Both the position numbers and the translations under genes were made by a program. DNA of 64,000 nt from Lobosporangium transversale (lineage: Eukaryota): positions 496,001-560,000 of the forward strand of contig NW_019028998.1 of the NCBI RefSeq assembly GCF_002105155.1. Reading direction: 5' to 3'. The notes beneath the pieces were generated by a model, which saw nothing but the letters and a program-made list of their open reading frames with translations, ran no database searches and was not told where the DNA came from. Of this stretch, positions 47,176 to 60,549 are shown piece by piece (positions within the stretch are counted from its first letter, which is position 1; every line of letters starts with the position of its first letter).

Positions 47176-50100
47176 CAGAGGAAGAGGGAGCCCCCTCTGT
47201 CGATGCCTTGCTTGAGACTAGCAAAAACTAGCAAAAATAAAATATGATGTTACTGGCTGCTAAAAGGCCATTTATTTCTTCCTATACAGATCAGCATCTC
47301 TGCATACTGCACTCACCAAAAAGGTCGCGTCTACAATGCACGATGCGAGATTATGTATTGTGGGTTTTGTGGACCTGACCTTTACTGCCGTAATTCCTCA
47401 ACATATCTCGTTACTTTGAGCTTTCACTTTTATTTTCACTTTTCTCGATTTTCAATATTATGGTTACCACACGTTCATCTGGCACATGCTTGTCGCCTGC
47501 TCCATTCTCACTTTCCGCAGGTACCTCCTCTAAACGTTATCGCTATATTTATGGCAGTTCAAGTCATTTGAAGCCTGTTTCCCAACCGGGAGGATCCACG
47601 TGTACAGTGGGTCATTAAAGCACAACGTGCTCGGCAAGCTATGGAGATTGAAGAAAAGTTGCGAGCACAACGTGTTGAGGAAGCTGAAAAAGAGGTATAT
47701 GACTGGGCCTATAGCTCTATAGACTCTGCCCTGCTTGCATTGCTCGAACGGGAGAGGGAAGAAGAGAAAGAGGAGGAAGCAAACTTGAAACTGCAACCGA
47801 GCTTGGATGTAGTGTTTACTTGAACAAAGGTTACTCTTCTCGACAAGAGTGCATTTGCCCTACTTCAAGGACAGCTAAGCCTAGGCCCTCGATCGAGCAG
47901 AGTTACTCCACCGAGCTGCCGCCGAGTAACCGCCCCGCATACCTCGACATAAACAACCTCTCACTCCTTCAACCACCAGCCTACGAAGGATTACAATCTC
48001 TCTCAGAAAAAAAAGAGTAAGCTTACGTACCATGCTAAGATCACACCCGAAGCTGCTGTACACATCAATTGCCCCGGTTGTTTGACAGAGTGGCGATTGG
48101 ACATCAAACCTTTGATGTAGTAGAAACTGCAAGAGAGCCAAGCGTTGATCATGAATAAATACCTTCCTACCCGCCAAAATCTTAAATGCTTCTTAACTTG
48201 TAAATCACCAGATCAGATTTAGTTGTCAGAAAGGAGAGCTTGCATTGGGTAAAAAAAAAAAACGATAATTTATCCAGAGTGCTTTCAGCAAGAATAAATA
48301 AGTAGGGCTTGGGTGAAGGTGAAGGGCTCAAATGTTATTCACCCATATCCGCTGTTCTCGTCTGTCACTATCTTTCATCCATACAATTTTTCGTTCCCAT
48401 TATCTTAATAGGGAATTCCTCTCAACGCTAGACTCACATTACCCACATTGCAATACCATAAAGCCATGGCCCGTGTCTGTAGTCTGTACAAAGTGACAAG
48501 ACTCTGCCCTCAAAACATAAGGTATGTGGACGGACCCAAGGAATTTTTCTTCTCGTACCACGGATCATGGAAGGCTTTATCGATCTTTTGTAGAAGGGCA
48601 CTAGTGTACCCATGCATAAAAGGCTCAAGAGACTGAAGGTATTACAGACCGAAAGCTGGAGAGGCAATCCGGCACTGTGCACAAAGAGAAGTTACACTTT
48701 CGAGTATTGATAAGGATTGTTACAACTCAATTATAAATGGCAAAATAGTTTATGAGAGCAAAAAGAGAACAGAGTGATAAACGTACTCAACTCTTATGGG
48801 GACTCTTGTTGTGGGCTGGGGCTGGGTTTTCGTGGCCATTGGGGTCAAGGGGTTGGTAGGTGGCGGCGTCCTTGGGGTAGTCAGTTGTCACTAAGATCTA
48901 TGAGAAAAAAGAAACCATTCAACGGTCAGATCAGGTTATTTTTCTCTGGCTTTCATGAAAATGAAAGAGAGTTATTTTCATTTGCCTCTCGAATCGTGTC
49001 TTTATCGGCCACAGAGACAAAATGTGGTGCGATCCTGGTCACCTTTCCACATTTCTTACGAAGCAGAGGGAAAACGTAATGATCCCTGCCAGATGATAAA
49101 ACCAATCTTTCAAACAAGCGAGTAGTTTGTTTCCTGGGATAGGGGACAAGAGATGGGAGAACGCATCCGATACTATCTAAACCAGACCAGATGAGAAAAG
49201 ATATGAAAATAAAAATAAAAGTAGACTTTACACCCTTTATGCCCTTCACGATCCATAGTGTGAGAACAATCCAGAGCAAGCTTGTTGGTATAGGAGGGCT
49301 TTGGTAATTGTGGAGTATATGGTAAAGGGTTTACGAAGGGACTTGCCAATGCGCTGGTAGAGGGTGGTAGCCATGTTAATAAATGTGGTCTTGTAACCCC
49401 ATGGATGAAGCAAGTAGTTGACCCAAACTACCAAGAGTGGAGTTGAGTACTGAAGTCGAAAATTTTTACTCATGAACAAACATGCACTAATACAAACACA
49501 AGAAACCAACATTCACAGATAAACATGCACCGATACTAACGCAAAAACTGGCCCGCAAAAAGCCTATCTTAAGTGAAACTAAATCGTTTTCATAATAATA
49601 AAAGAAATGAAGAAGTGGAAAAAAGGAAGAAGTGAGTAAGCAGAAGTCTCAGTTGAGGCAGGAAGACATGCTTGCTTACATCTTGTATCACCTCAGACCT
49701 GCTTTTCCAACTTTAAATTTAGTATCATGAAAATAAGATTTTAATATTCTCTCCATGGGATTTGTGCGGGTTAGTTTTGTATTATTATCACTTGCATCTT
49801 TACTTATGAATGTCTAGTGTCCCTTGCAGCTTTATTTGTGAATGTCAATTCTTATGTTAGTGTCAGAAAAAAAGGAAAAGGCTTCTATCTATTACATGTG
49901 TTCTACTAATTCTTGTTATTTTAGTAAGCACATCACACATACAGGTACATACTCATGTCAGGTGGAGATAGCAATGTAAGGCAAAATGGTCATACGTTTT
50001 TCTCCGTTTTCAAGTGAAAAAAAAGCTAAAAACTGGAACACGAAGTCATGACCGAACCAAAAAACAAAAAAAACAAAAAAAAAAGGCTGGCTGGAATGCA

Positions 50101-50793
50101 TCCTATTTGAGTTAGTAGAATGTCGTTACCTCGACTGATTCTTAAAACCGCAAACGTAACTCCTCTGTCAACGCTCTTGAAGTTTCAACCTTAATCACGA
50201 ATGCTTCGTGGAACAACCTCTGGATGCTCTTTTCGCTTTTGTTTCCGCTTTTATTTCTACTGCTGCTGCTGTTGCTGTTGCTCTGCTCAAGGAGCTCTGT
50301 CCTGGAAACTCAATTGTAACCCCTGGGGCGGGCATGGCGGCGACGAGACTTGAATGTTCATTCATCAAACTTCTTCTGTTGGTAACACTTTTACCACTAC
50401 CATTTTTGATCGAGGAATGATCGTCCGCGATGCCTGGAGAAGACTATCGAAGATATTTGCAGCTATGATCAGAATAGCGAAACGCGTAGTTGCTTTAGTC
50501 CTCGAAGTAAAAGGGCTAGATACCGGAAATAATCGACTGGGAGATTTGGAATAGCTCATTGTCCAGTATGGTGAGGGACCAAACTTCCTCGAGTTATTGC
50601 TGACGATAGACATTGAGTGATGGCCACTTGATTAAGGAGAAGCATAATGTATCTCATTTATTTCAATGTACGTATATTACAACAAGGGGATGTCACACCT
50701 TGGTTTTATTACAAGTGTTTATATTAAGAGTAATAATGGGTCCAACTTTACGATAACTGTTTCAAATACTACAAAGGATAATTGGGATGTTGA

Positions 50794-51447
50794 CTATTCC
50801 CACCACCAACCCTTAATAGCGTTCCTTCGAGGTATGGACCGATCAGTTAATGATGAGCCTCGGTGTCGCTGGTAGCGCTGCGTATGATTGCCAACGACTG
50901 TGATATCAATGCCCAAGCCCTCCTCAGCCAGCCTATGTATGGACTTCTCTTCTTTCTTTTTCAAGGACGCATCATTATTTCCTTTAGATGAAACAATGGT
51001 ATTGTGATATTGATATTGATGTTGCAAAGTAGCATCGAGAGGTTCGTCACCAGGCCGCACCATGGCCTTTGATAAAGAAGATGCAATAGGCGATATGCAT
51101 ATGTTCTGTGCACTTTGTGGAGCACGCGTATTCATATGCGATGAAGGAGTGTTACAATAATAAGTAAACCTTTTTGATGATCGTGAATGAGGTTCTATCC
51201 TTGTCTCAAGAGCATATTGGTTTGGTGTACTTGTTGTTGAGGATTGGAATGATGATGTCGGGGACGTAGGTGAGCAAGTGAAAGTGGTGGGCATGGTGGG
51301 CAACAAGATAAAGTTATCTGAATGGGACTTAGTGGATTTATCGCACCTGCATTTGCTCTTGTACGGTCGGCTTTTGATCCAGCCCCAAAGGCCTCCATCC
51401 TTTCGTCTCCGGCCATCAGTGCCAAACAATTGATCAAGAAACGACAT
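50794..51447 (-). CDS. Hypothetical S/T-rich protein; 3' structure uncertain
   Basis: Open frame from MSFLDQLFG (51447), 217 aa, with a TA-repeat upstream at about 51700. No domain recognised. Confidence 0.4.
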   Translation of the reverse strand: MSFLDQLFGTDGRRRKDGGLWGWIKSRPYKSKCRCDKSTKSHSDNFILLPTMPTTFTCSPTSPTSSFQSSTTSTPNQYALETRIEPHSRSSKRFTYYCNTPSSHMNTRAPQSAQNICISPIASSLSKAMVRPGDEPLDATLQHQYQYHNTIVSSKGNNDASLKKKEEKSIHRLAEEGLGIDITVVGNHTQRYQRHRGSSLTDRSIPRRNAIKGWWWE

Positions 51448-51722
51448 GCTACGACTATAAGCAAGATAGGCGAGGGTTAGAAGGATACTGGGATTGAAGA
51501 GGGCATGATCTGAAGTTTCGATCAAGACAATCTTATACCTTCGAGGGGAATGAGAGATTTGCATCAATAATATAGCCTTGATGTTGAGAATGGATGCGAA
51601 AGGGTAGTGCGTGATGGGCGCTGAAAGGAAGGAGGGAGAGAATGCAGTTCTGAGGAAGGATGAGAACAAGAGGATGTTTACGTTCATGAATTCTTATATA
51701 CATATATATATATATATATATA

Positions 51723-51755
<33 letters not shown>

Positions 51756-52329
51756 AGCACTTTCATATCCTTGGCATTGGGCATGTTACATCAATGATCA
51801 ACGGCTCTCTAATTGTTCAGCCTTGCTGTGGCCAGACTATTTGTCCAGAAATAGCTCCTCCAATCCTAAAGTCCTAAAATCTATTAATTTTTCTTTGGCT
51901 GTTGGCTTTTTGATGTGACTCTTGGCTAACAAGAATGAACGAAACCAAGATCATGTACCCTATTGCAGGTATTAGAGTACAAAGCTGGAGGAGGACAGTA
52001 TTCTTTTTGCTACATAGATCAAGTCATCAAGAAATGCCACAACAAGTCCATTATCTATCAAGAATTGCTAAAATAATAATAAAAGGTACGGAATAAAAGG
52101 AGGTTATGACTGTAATCAGGAACGAGGAATAAAGGCTAGTTATTAGTTAACAAGGGGGCGTAACATTGGCCCCAGTAGACCCGTTTCAGTGGAATTGATA
52201 AGGGATTTGTGGATAAATTAGAGTCGGATTCGAGGGATACGGGGCTCGAGGAAGGATTGATTACGACGATAGGAATACTAAACATGTCCTAATTGGACCT
52301 TTCACTGCCAACGGACACGGGCTCAAAGT

Positions 52330-53420
52330 TTTGACATATTCACTTTCATGCCTCAAGCGAAAACACGGTACGGGCTTACTGATACGAAGGAAATACGGTT
52401 GGTTGAGACCGATCAGTAGAATAAGATGCTATAAAGTCCAAGATAACATCCAAGAGAATTGGCTGTATGAATCTCAGAATGGACTCTAGCAGTGCAAGCC
52501 CAACCACCGATAACCAAGCCAACCATTAGCTCTGAAGATCACCTAGAGCAGTGAAGGCGTCTTCTTGGAAGCATTGCGGCGCTTTTGCAGATGGCGGTCC
52601 CAGGCTGCCGAGATGAGGGCATAGCTGTAGACAGTTCTAATGCGCCGGGGCATTATATTGGTAATATCGGCATCTACCAAGGGCCGGCCAAAGCCCTTCA
52701 TGATGATAGGATCCAAAAATGCAGAACAGAGACGAGGCAGTAGGTTGGCTTGACCATAAGCCGTAGGCTTCTCCCATTCCTTTTCCTCAATATTAGCATC
52801 AAAATAAAATGTATTTGAAGAGGTAGAAGTAGGCCGTCCAACACAAAGGGCAGTCAAGTAAACACAGAATGAAATAAACTGAGGCTGTCCATTCAAATGC
52901 CTGATTGATCGCCGCAGCAACAATGGAGATAGCATAGAAACCGTAGATCTAATCTGACTCTCGATGTAATTGAGACTATTGCACATGTCTACCATAGAAA
53001 GTAAAGATTTTAAAGTTGTCTTGATCGCATGTTTTACACGACAGACCCATTACCCACGCCAGAAGCAAAGCCGCAGTTGCAAACAAAGTTGAAGTTGATT
53101 TTATCCTTAAGTGTGAGCTGAATCAGGCGAGTCAAAAGTGCTGCGCAGGTTGTCGTCAACATGCTATCGAGCGAGGCTCAATAAAGAGGTTGGTGTAGCA
53201 GAGTCGAAGAAAGCAGGCTTGCGCCCTTATCTTTGTTCTTGAGAAAGAGAAGGCCATGAGCACGTACTGCAAATACTACAATTGCTAGAAGCGATGGTAA
53301 AGCGAGCAATATCCTTTTTTTTTGTTAGACATGGAAACGTGCATTTGATGTAGGGTCCTATTAACGTGTACGAGAGTTAGAGAGTTAGAATGTACCCCCC
53401 TTCAGAGCTCCTGCAATATG
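52330..53420 (-). pseudogene. Decayed 5' fragment of an ABCC transporter
   Basis: PTAYGQANLLPRLCSAFLDPIIMKGFGRPL...DITNIMPRRIRT..SY..ISAAW....TPSLL*VIF aligns with ANLFSRWTFHYLQPIVSLGYRRPL...TPSLMKVI of the intact gene. It has stops and frameshifts and no NBD follows. Confidence 0.75.
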
Positions 53421-53791
53421 TAATGTTTAAAAGAATAAAAAACGTTTTTCTAGGACAAAATAATCTTAAAGAAGAGGAAATAAGAAATAAAAGAAGGACC
53501 ATCCTTTTTTTATGTCATATTCATATAGCCCAGCACTAAAATTGGTTCCAACGGATACAACCAAGCTTTGTTATTTGTATACAAAACCTGTCATCACAGA
53601 AATATGAGCGACGTCAAAAAAAAAAAAAAAAAAAAAAAAGTATTCCTTTGGGAGAAACAGTAATCAAGTTCAAGTCTACGAGAATTCCTTTTATTTTCTT
53701 ACACACTAGAGACTATATTTACATGAGAGAGTCAGAACTTTTATAATAGAGAAAAAGAAACTACTGTGTCTTAAAGTACTTGGTTGCTTTT

Positions 53792-54613
53792 TTAAGCAGT
53801 ACCAATTAGATGAAGGACACATGAAAGGAAGACAGTCGAGAAGAAAGCTGTCAAGTACCGAATCAACTGTATATCCGACTCACGTTTCTCCCACATGGTC
53901 TCCGAGGTCACCAAAGGAACTGTAACTCCTACAAACAAGAATGCGCCCAATTGAGCAGCTTGAGATATTGTCTGGGCTTGCGTCAAGTTGAGAAGAAGTC
54001 CGGTGATCCATGTCTATTAACAAAAAAAAAAAATAAAAATGATAAAAAGGTTGCGTCAATTATGTTGGTCATTTTTATAAAGTAGGCTAATTCGCCCAAT
54101 ACCTGAAATCATGACGAATACGAGGGTTATAGAGTAAAAAGGCTTTCATGTACTTACCCTAATCAAGTTGAGAATCATCTCATAAAGAAAAAATGACCAG
54201 AATTCCGCCGATTCTTCTTTGTCCTTTTTCATCCAGCTGTCACCATTCCTTTCCTGATCATATGAAGAGGGGAAGAAATTAGATCACTTAAAATGGGTGT
54301 GTATGGAACAAAAAAAATAGCATTGCAGCTTCATTATTGGATTGCACATTGTAGAATAGGTAACACTTTACTCTTTTCATTGCAGCGACCCACATCTGAT
54401 TAAAGAGTACATTATATGCGATGCCTTGAACGAATTGACAGAACAGAGTACCAACAGCTTTTTTTTTTTTTTTTTTTTTTTTGAGATAATAGTGTTAAAG
54501 CTATGCGGCTTTCAAGATGTAACGCGTATGTGTTTCTTCAGGCTTTGAGATTGACAGGTGTGTAGAGTATGCTTACCAACAGCGGTAAAAGCGACGTGAG
54601 GAATGTGAATCAT
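53792..54613 (-). CDS. Small 4-TM membrane protein, DUF1761-like, 146 aa
   Basis: Exons 54613-54577, 54457-54372, 54253-54158 and 54013-53792 splice in frame to MIHIPHVAFTAVAVGTLFCQFVQGIAYNVLFNQMWVAAM...AAQLGAFLFVGVTVP..SETMWEKR. Confidence 0.72.
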
Positions 54614-54899
54614 GGTTGTAAGATAGGTATGTAGAAGAGAAGTTCGATAAAGAGTAAAGAGAAGCGAGAGAGGGGTTGTGTCAAGAAAAAAGTGCGAAGT
54701 TAAGTTTGATTGATTAAAGGCTTTTATAGGCTTTCTTCGCTTGTCTTTTTTAAAAGTTGTACCGTCAGAATGATGCACAAGCGTAGAATATTTGTATGCT
54801 TCGTTAAGTAGCATCATTTGAAATTTAATCTTGCTCTCGCCCAATTTTCATTTCTCATCTCCACATTTCTGTTTTCTATATTTTTATTTTTTTTTGGCC

Positions 54900-56270
54900 A
54901 TGAATAAAAACCCATTAGACATTCCTGAAATCCGCAGTCGAATAGCTCTCTTTGTCACCCTCAAGGACGCCTTGTCTTGTGTTCTGCTCTCCAAAGGTTT
55001 CTCCCAAGACTTCGTGTACCCAGTTTGGCATACGATAGACTTGGCCATCCACCCTGGGTTTCTTCAGATGGATCGAAGTACTCTTTTTAAACTGGGCCAT
55101 CACATTCGTACGATCAAGAATGTTTCTACTCTTAAACAGCTGAAGTTCTTACAATCATTTAAAGCCTGCAATCTATCCACTTTGGAAGTTGAAATGACAG
55201 AAAGTTTCCTTTACCATACGAGATGTTATAGTCTCATCCGTCGAACCCATGGAAACCTTACTAATCTCATACTGAGACGCCGCCGTGAGCCTTCTTTTCG
55301 ATCATCACCACGTTTTTTATTGGACTCACTTATGACAATAACACAGCCAACTCAACCTCCAAAACTTACAAGTATTTCTATTACTTCTCTACACCTCACA
55401 AGAACATCATTTGTGGCTCTCCTTCGAGCTTGTCCAGCTCTCACAAATGTTGATGTCTGGGAGACGGTCTTTACGCTAGACCAAGCTCTGGATACCTTCC
55501 AACACACAGGCGTAACATCCATCAAAGCATTGATGAAAGTCGTTGTGATGCCAAACCAACCATCGATATTTATCCACTTTCCAAATTTGCGACAGTGGGA
55601 TACTGCGAGCAGCCAAACACCAGACTCATTTCCTACCCAGCTTGTTAAAGACACCTTTTCCATATGGTGCCCCAAATTAATAGAAATCAAATCAAATTTC
55701 ACTTCTAGCAATCTATTGGTCCATCTTTTGGTCAAAGATGTTTTTATCAACCTCACAGCTTTAACATTTAGATACGAATGTATGTCAGAGGATCTGGTCC
55801 AAACAATTGCATGCTATCCAACTAAATGGACAAAAATTTGTTGTTACCCACCATCATCTAATTCGGGGGAGAAAGAAGATGATATACTTCAGAGGCAGGA
55901 TCAATTCCAGAGTTCAGGACGGATACTTCAACTTTGGCCACGATTACTTGAAAAATTGGTGACTCTCGATATCATTGAGCATAAGATGAATATCGATGAG
56001 GTTGAAAAAGCATCTTGGTCTTGTAATGATCTCGAAACCCTTTTTGTTAGGATCCAAGGGCTCAGCACCAAAGAGAAAATAGACAGTGTGCTGATGCGTT
56101 TGAAAGAAATGAAGGCGTTGCAAAGGAGAAAGTCGGGTACACCAGTCATTGCTGTTCGCATGGATGACCACGATCGCGAAATGTCAATAGAGGCGCGCGT
56201 TCTGAACCATCTACTCAAATTTAAGAAGTTGAAATATGTTTCGCTCGGCTCTACAGCTTGGACAGTGTAG
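54900..56270 (+). CDS. F-box / RNI-like LRR protein, intronless
   Basis: MNKNPLDIPEIRSRIALFV..KDALSCVLLSK.F...VWHTI F-box-like start, LRACPALT and WCPKL repeats, and WSCNDLETLFV...LLKFKKLKYVSLG. Confidence 0.8.
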   Translation: MNKNPLDIPEIRSRIALFVTLKDALSCVLLSKGFSQDFVYPVWHTIDLAIHPGFLQMDRSTLFKLGHHIRTIKNVSTLKQLKFLQSFKACNLSTLEVEMTESFLYHTRCYSLIRRTHGNLTNLILRRRREPSFRSSPRFLLDSLMTITQPTQPPKLTSISITSLHLTRTSFVALLRACPALTNVDVWETVFTLDQALDTFQHTGVTSIKALMKVVVMPNQPSIFIHFPNLRQWDTASSQTPDSFPTQLVKDTFSIWCPKLIEIKSNFTSSNLLVHLLVKDVFINLTALTFRYECMSEDLVQTIACYPTKWTKICCYPPSSNSGEKEDDILQRQDQFQSSGRILQLWPRLLEKLVTLDIIEHKMNIDEVEKASWSCNDLETLFVRIQGLSTKEKIDSVLMRLKEMKALQRRKSGTPVIAVRMDDHDREMSIEARVLNHLLKFKKLKYVSLGSTAWTV

Positions 56271-56485
56271 TTGACTTACACCTTTGTTATAAATAAAATA
56301 TGTATGATACAAATCGCTATGAATACAACCAGGGCTGTTGAAGAAATTATTCATTATTAACAACACTGGAAGGCAAGTCCGACAGTACAACGCACTCTTG
56401 CAGAACAAATAGGATAAACCTCTAACTGCCGCAATAGCACTACTTTCCTTGCATTTTATTTTATAGTTTTTTTTTTCTCTTTTAC

Positions 56486-58247
56486 TCAGTGATGAAAATG
56501 GTCCTTCTTGTCAGGTCTGACAGAAAATGCGGTATAAATGGTCACCCCTTCTTCCGATAACGCTTCGATCGAGAATGGCGTGTTGGCCCCAACAAAGAAA
56601 ACATTTCCAGCCTCAACACTCAACTCCACTACATCTGGATCAGTTTCGTGGTTCTTCTCCGACCGGATAACCCCTTTACCCCTGGTAACAATCACCATAC
56701 TCGGGCCCTCAGCTCCACGAAGACGCTCTTTCTCCTTGGCATGGTCTAGTGTTGTCAAAATGATCGAGAACTCTTCAATAGGAGGATCATACATCAAAGA
56801 GTGGCCCGTAGGTGTACAAAGAACGCCTGACAGTAGCTGATCCGTACTGGATTTGGTCTGGTAAGTCAGCATCTGGGTCAGGACCTCAACGTCCTTAAAC
56901 TTTGGTGTCAATCCTGCGCGAACGACGTTATCGCTAGCTGCCATGCATTCCACACAATCTATTGATTATAAAAATAAAAAATAAAAATAAAAATAAAAAA
57001 AGAAATGGCTCGAGTTAGCGTTCCCATTTCAAGAAATTTAAAAATAAAAAATGAAAAATGAAGTACGATCGAGAACATTGTAAAAAAGAGTTCATGAACC
57101 GAAGCTGAATCATAAAATACGGTTTACTCACCTCCACTCAAATACGCATGGGGTTCATTAGCTGCTAAAAAGATAGCCTGGCCAGGCCGCAAAACAATAT
57201 AGTTGAGGAAAAACAATGAGAATAACCCCACGTCGCCTGGGAACTGTGAATGGATCCTCAACAGGAGCTCTTCGATCGATTGTGATGGGTAAGCTGCGCC
57301 ATTGGTATTCAAGCGACTGATCAAGCGATCTAATTCGAGCTTGACTTTCGACGCTTCTGCTGTCATAACGGCTGTGTACAATATCCTTAATGCTTGACGT
57401 CCTTCTTTGATACCTTTGATACCCTCGATGGTTTGGGTTCGCGCCACTGCATCCTGAAAATCCTTTGCTTCCTTGTCTCCAACCAGAGCCCATAATTCAG
57501 GCCATTGGTCCAATGCTGCCGAAATCTGTTGTAACGGCCTGAATCCGCATAAGGCCTCGAACTCTGTTAATGCGATGGCCATTTCAGGCTTGTGATTATC
57601 ATCCTTGTAGATATCAGGTCGTTCCTTGAAGAGTCTCTCTGCAAGTTCCTTATCCGGATGTGCCTGGATAGATAGGGCTTTGTTGATAGACAAGACCTTG
57701 AACAAGAAAGGGAGATGGCCATGGTATTTTCCGTAGAAATAAGGCGTCAACAGATGGGGATAGGTCTTCAGCACAGACTCTAGCGTTTTATCTGACTGAT
57801 ACAAAGTCGATGGACCACTGGGATGAGTACCCATCCACAGCTATGTTGTGTTAAAAAAAGATATGGTAAGATATTGTTAGTCTGATTCATTGCACCTTAT
57901 CGCTCTTTTTCTTGCTTCACACAAGCGTGAGAAAAAAAAGAAAAAAAGAAAATAAAAAGAAAAAAAGAAAATAAAAAGAAAAAAAGAAAATAAAAAGAAA
58001 AAAAGAAAAAAAAGATAAAAAAAGAAACTGGTCCATTGGCAACTCCCAATGGATTTAGATCCTCTGAAAAACTATGAGACGCATTAAAGGCCGTAGCAAT
58101 TTTTACCTCTGCATAAGGACGACTCTCATCGACAGTGAAGCCGGGCGAAGTGGCAGCAAACCTTGCAACCTTGGAGGAGGAGCCAATCTTTCCCCAGTCG
58201 TACGACTGGGCTTTACAATCAAGACGGAAGATAGTAGGATGGGTCAT
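56486..58247 (-). CDS. PMI40: Mannose-6-phosphate isomerase, type I
   Basis: Exons 58247-58107, 57841-57131 and 56958-56486. QSYDWGKIG, YAELWMGTHPSGPS, LPFLFKVLSINKALSIQAHPDK, YKDDNHKPEM, EPHAYLSG and ECMAASDNVVRAGLTPK. Confidence 0.96.
57930..58027. repeat. A-rich tandem repeat of about 20-nt period in a PMI40 intron
   Basis: Repeated AAAATAAAAAGAAAAAAAG-like units. Confidence 0.6.
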
Positions 58248-58641
58248 TGGTGAGGGTAAAATGGTCTCAATTAAAGAGGGTAGAGCTGTGTGGAAAAAGG
58301 GCCTTGGGGTCCACTGAGTGTGAGAGAGAAATGCGAGAAAAGAACAGGAAGGACGAGTTGATGAAGAATGAACGGATGAAAAGAAGAAAGAAAGAAAAGA
58401 AAGCGAGATGAAGTGTTAATTCCTGTCTACTACGGTGTCTTCTGGGAAGTGACTGTGTCCACCTGCAACGTGGAATGAGAATCTGCCCATCATTCAAATC
58501 ATCACTCGTTCTCTACGCACTCACATCATTTTTTTTTTTTTTTTTTTTTTTATTTAAAGGCGCGCCAATTTCATACTTCATCCCATCCAACTCAAACGAC
58601 AGATACTCATTCCTATACATATATCTATACGATATTCATCA

Positions 58642-59505
58642 ATGATGACTTCAGAAGACATTCACGCAGCGGTCCCATCCTCAAAACAAAACTCGTCCAT
58701 CCGTTTTACGGTTGGCAAGGTTGACGCGGGCATGACTATCCTCTTGACTGAAGACCATCACCTTATCGAGTTTCCTTCCTTGTTGTTACCCAAAGGGGTC
58801 TCTGCTGGCTCGGTAGTCAACATCTCGGTGAATCGTGATTTGGAAGAAGAGCAACGTCGTCGGGATGAATTCTGGGCCCTTCAGGATGAGATCTTGGACC
58901 AGTTTGGCAAGAACCCACCTAAGACTCCCACTTTACGTGTTTTGTCCCTCACTCAATCTACCTGCATACTTGAATGGGACCCTTTAGTCTTGAACCAGGC
59001 CAGCCTCCGTTCCTTGGACGTTTACAAGAATGGTGTTAAGCAAGGACACTCGATTGCAAACCCCTTCCACACGACCAAATACAAGCTACAGGGACTGGAA
59101 ATTGATCATGAATATTCGTTCCAAATCGGGATCAAAACCTCTGCAGGAGCACTTTGGAGCAATGAAGTCAAGGCTAGGACTCACACACTCGAGAATCTGA
59201 CAGGAACCAACATTTGCTTCGGCGTCTTTGAATCCGAAGCAGCTCTGGAAGAATGTAAAAGATTGATCGTTGAAATCGGAGGCAAATGGACCGAAGAAGT
59301 TGGCGTTGAGACAACACATTTGTTGTGCCATGTTCAAGGTGGAAACGAATATGAAGCGGCATTGCAGCAGTCTATTCCCATTGTCAAACCCGAATGGCTG
59401 AAGGCTTGTGTCGAACACAAAAAGCTCCAGGCTGCACTTCCATATTATTTAGATCAGCCTGCGAGCAATGGTATCTCCAATACCTCTGACGCTGCACAAC
59501 ATTAA
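58642..59505 (+). CDS. CHS5: Chs5-like exomer subunit (CHS5_N + FN3 + BRCT)
   Basis: FTVGKVDAGMTILLTEDHHLIEFPSLLLP, FN3 TQSTCILEWDPL..LRSLDVYKNG and BRCT IGGKWT..TTHLLC..IPIVKPEWLKAC. Confidence 0.93.
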   Translation: MMTSEDIHAAVPSSKQNSSIRFTVGKVDAGMTILLTEDHHLIEFPSLLLPKGVSAGSVVNISVNRDLEEEQRRRDEFWALQDEILDQFGKNPPKTPTLRVLSLTQSTCILEWDPLVLNQASLRSLDVYKNGVKQGHSIANPFHTTKYKLQGLEIDHEYSFQIGIKTSAGALWSNEVKARTHTLENLTGTNICFGVFESEAALEECKRLIVEIGGKWTEEVGVETTHLLCHVQGGNEYEAALQQSIPIVKPEWLKACVEHKKLQAALPYYLDQPASNGISNTSDAAQH

Positions 59506-59994
59506 CGATAATAGCAAAGCACTCGTCTGATTAGTATTGATAAAAGAAAGAAAGAAAACCAACATCGCCATCATGTGATCAAATGACCTGAAGATCTTGA
59601 GGCCGTCAACTGAAATTGATTGTGGCCCAGCGCCACTGTTGAATTGTTCTAGATAGGAGCAGCAACACCAGGCTATTTTTTACACTTTTTCGTCATCATT
59701 GTGCTCTTTTTTTCTTTCTTTTTTTTTTTTTTTTTTTTTTACTTTTTCTTTTATTGAGGAATAGAAAAGCGCTAAAGAAAAGGTTTCTATTGTATCAAGG
59801 AAGCGAGTGGATTGATCCTGGGATGGGAGTAAATACAAATGGCAGAAAAAAATACATATATGGATACGATGCCAAACATTCACCCAAAAGATAGCAATTA
59901 TAAGGGTTGATTGAAACAAGACCGCCAAGTTTAAAAGTCATCCTATCCATTCTGCTTTTATTGTATTTTGTGGGTACAGAGTAGTACGTCTTTT

Positions 59995-60438
<444 letters not shown>

Positions 60439-60516
60439 TTATAGAAGTGTATGTAGGTGAGTGGTGTCCAGGACAGGAGAGAATAAGAGAAGAATAAAGG
60501 CGTTAGTCAGAGGAGG

Positions 60517-60549
<33 letters not shown>

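Noticed and set aside
47560..48180. Glu-rich ORF fragments
   Set aside because: Short, interrupted, and with no identifiable family.
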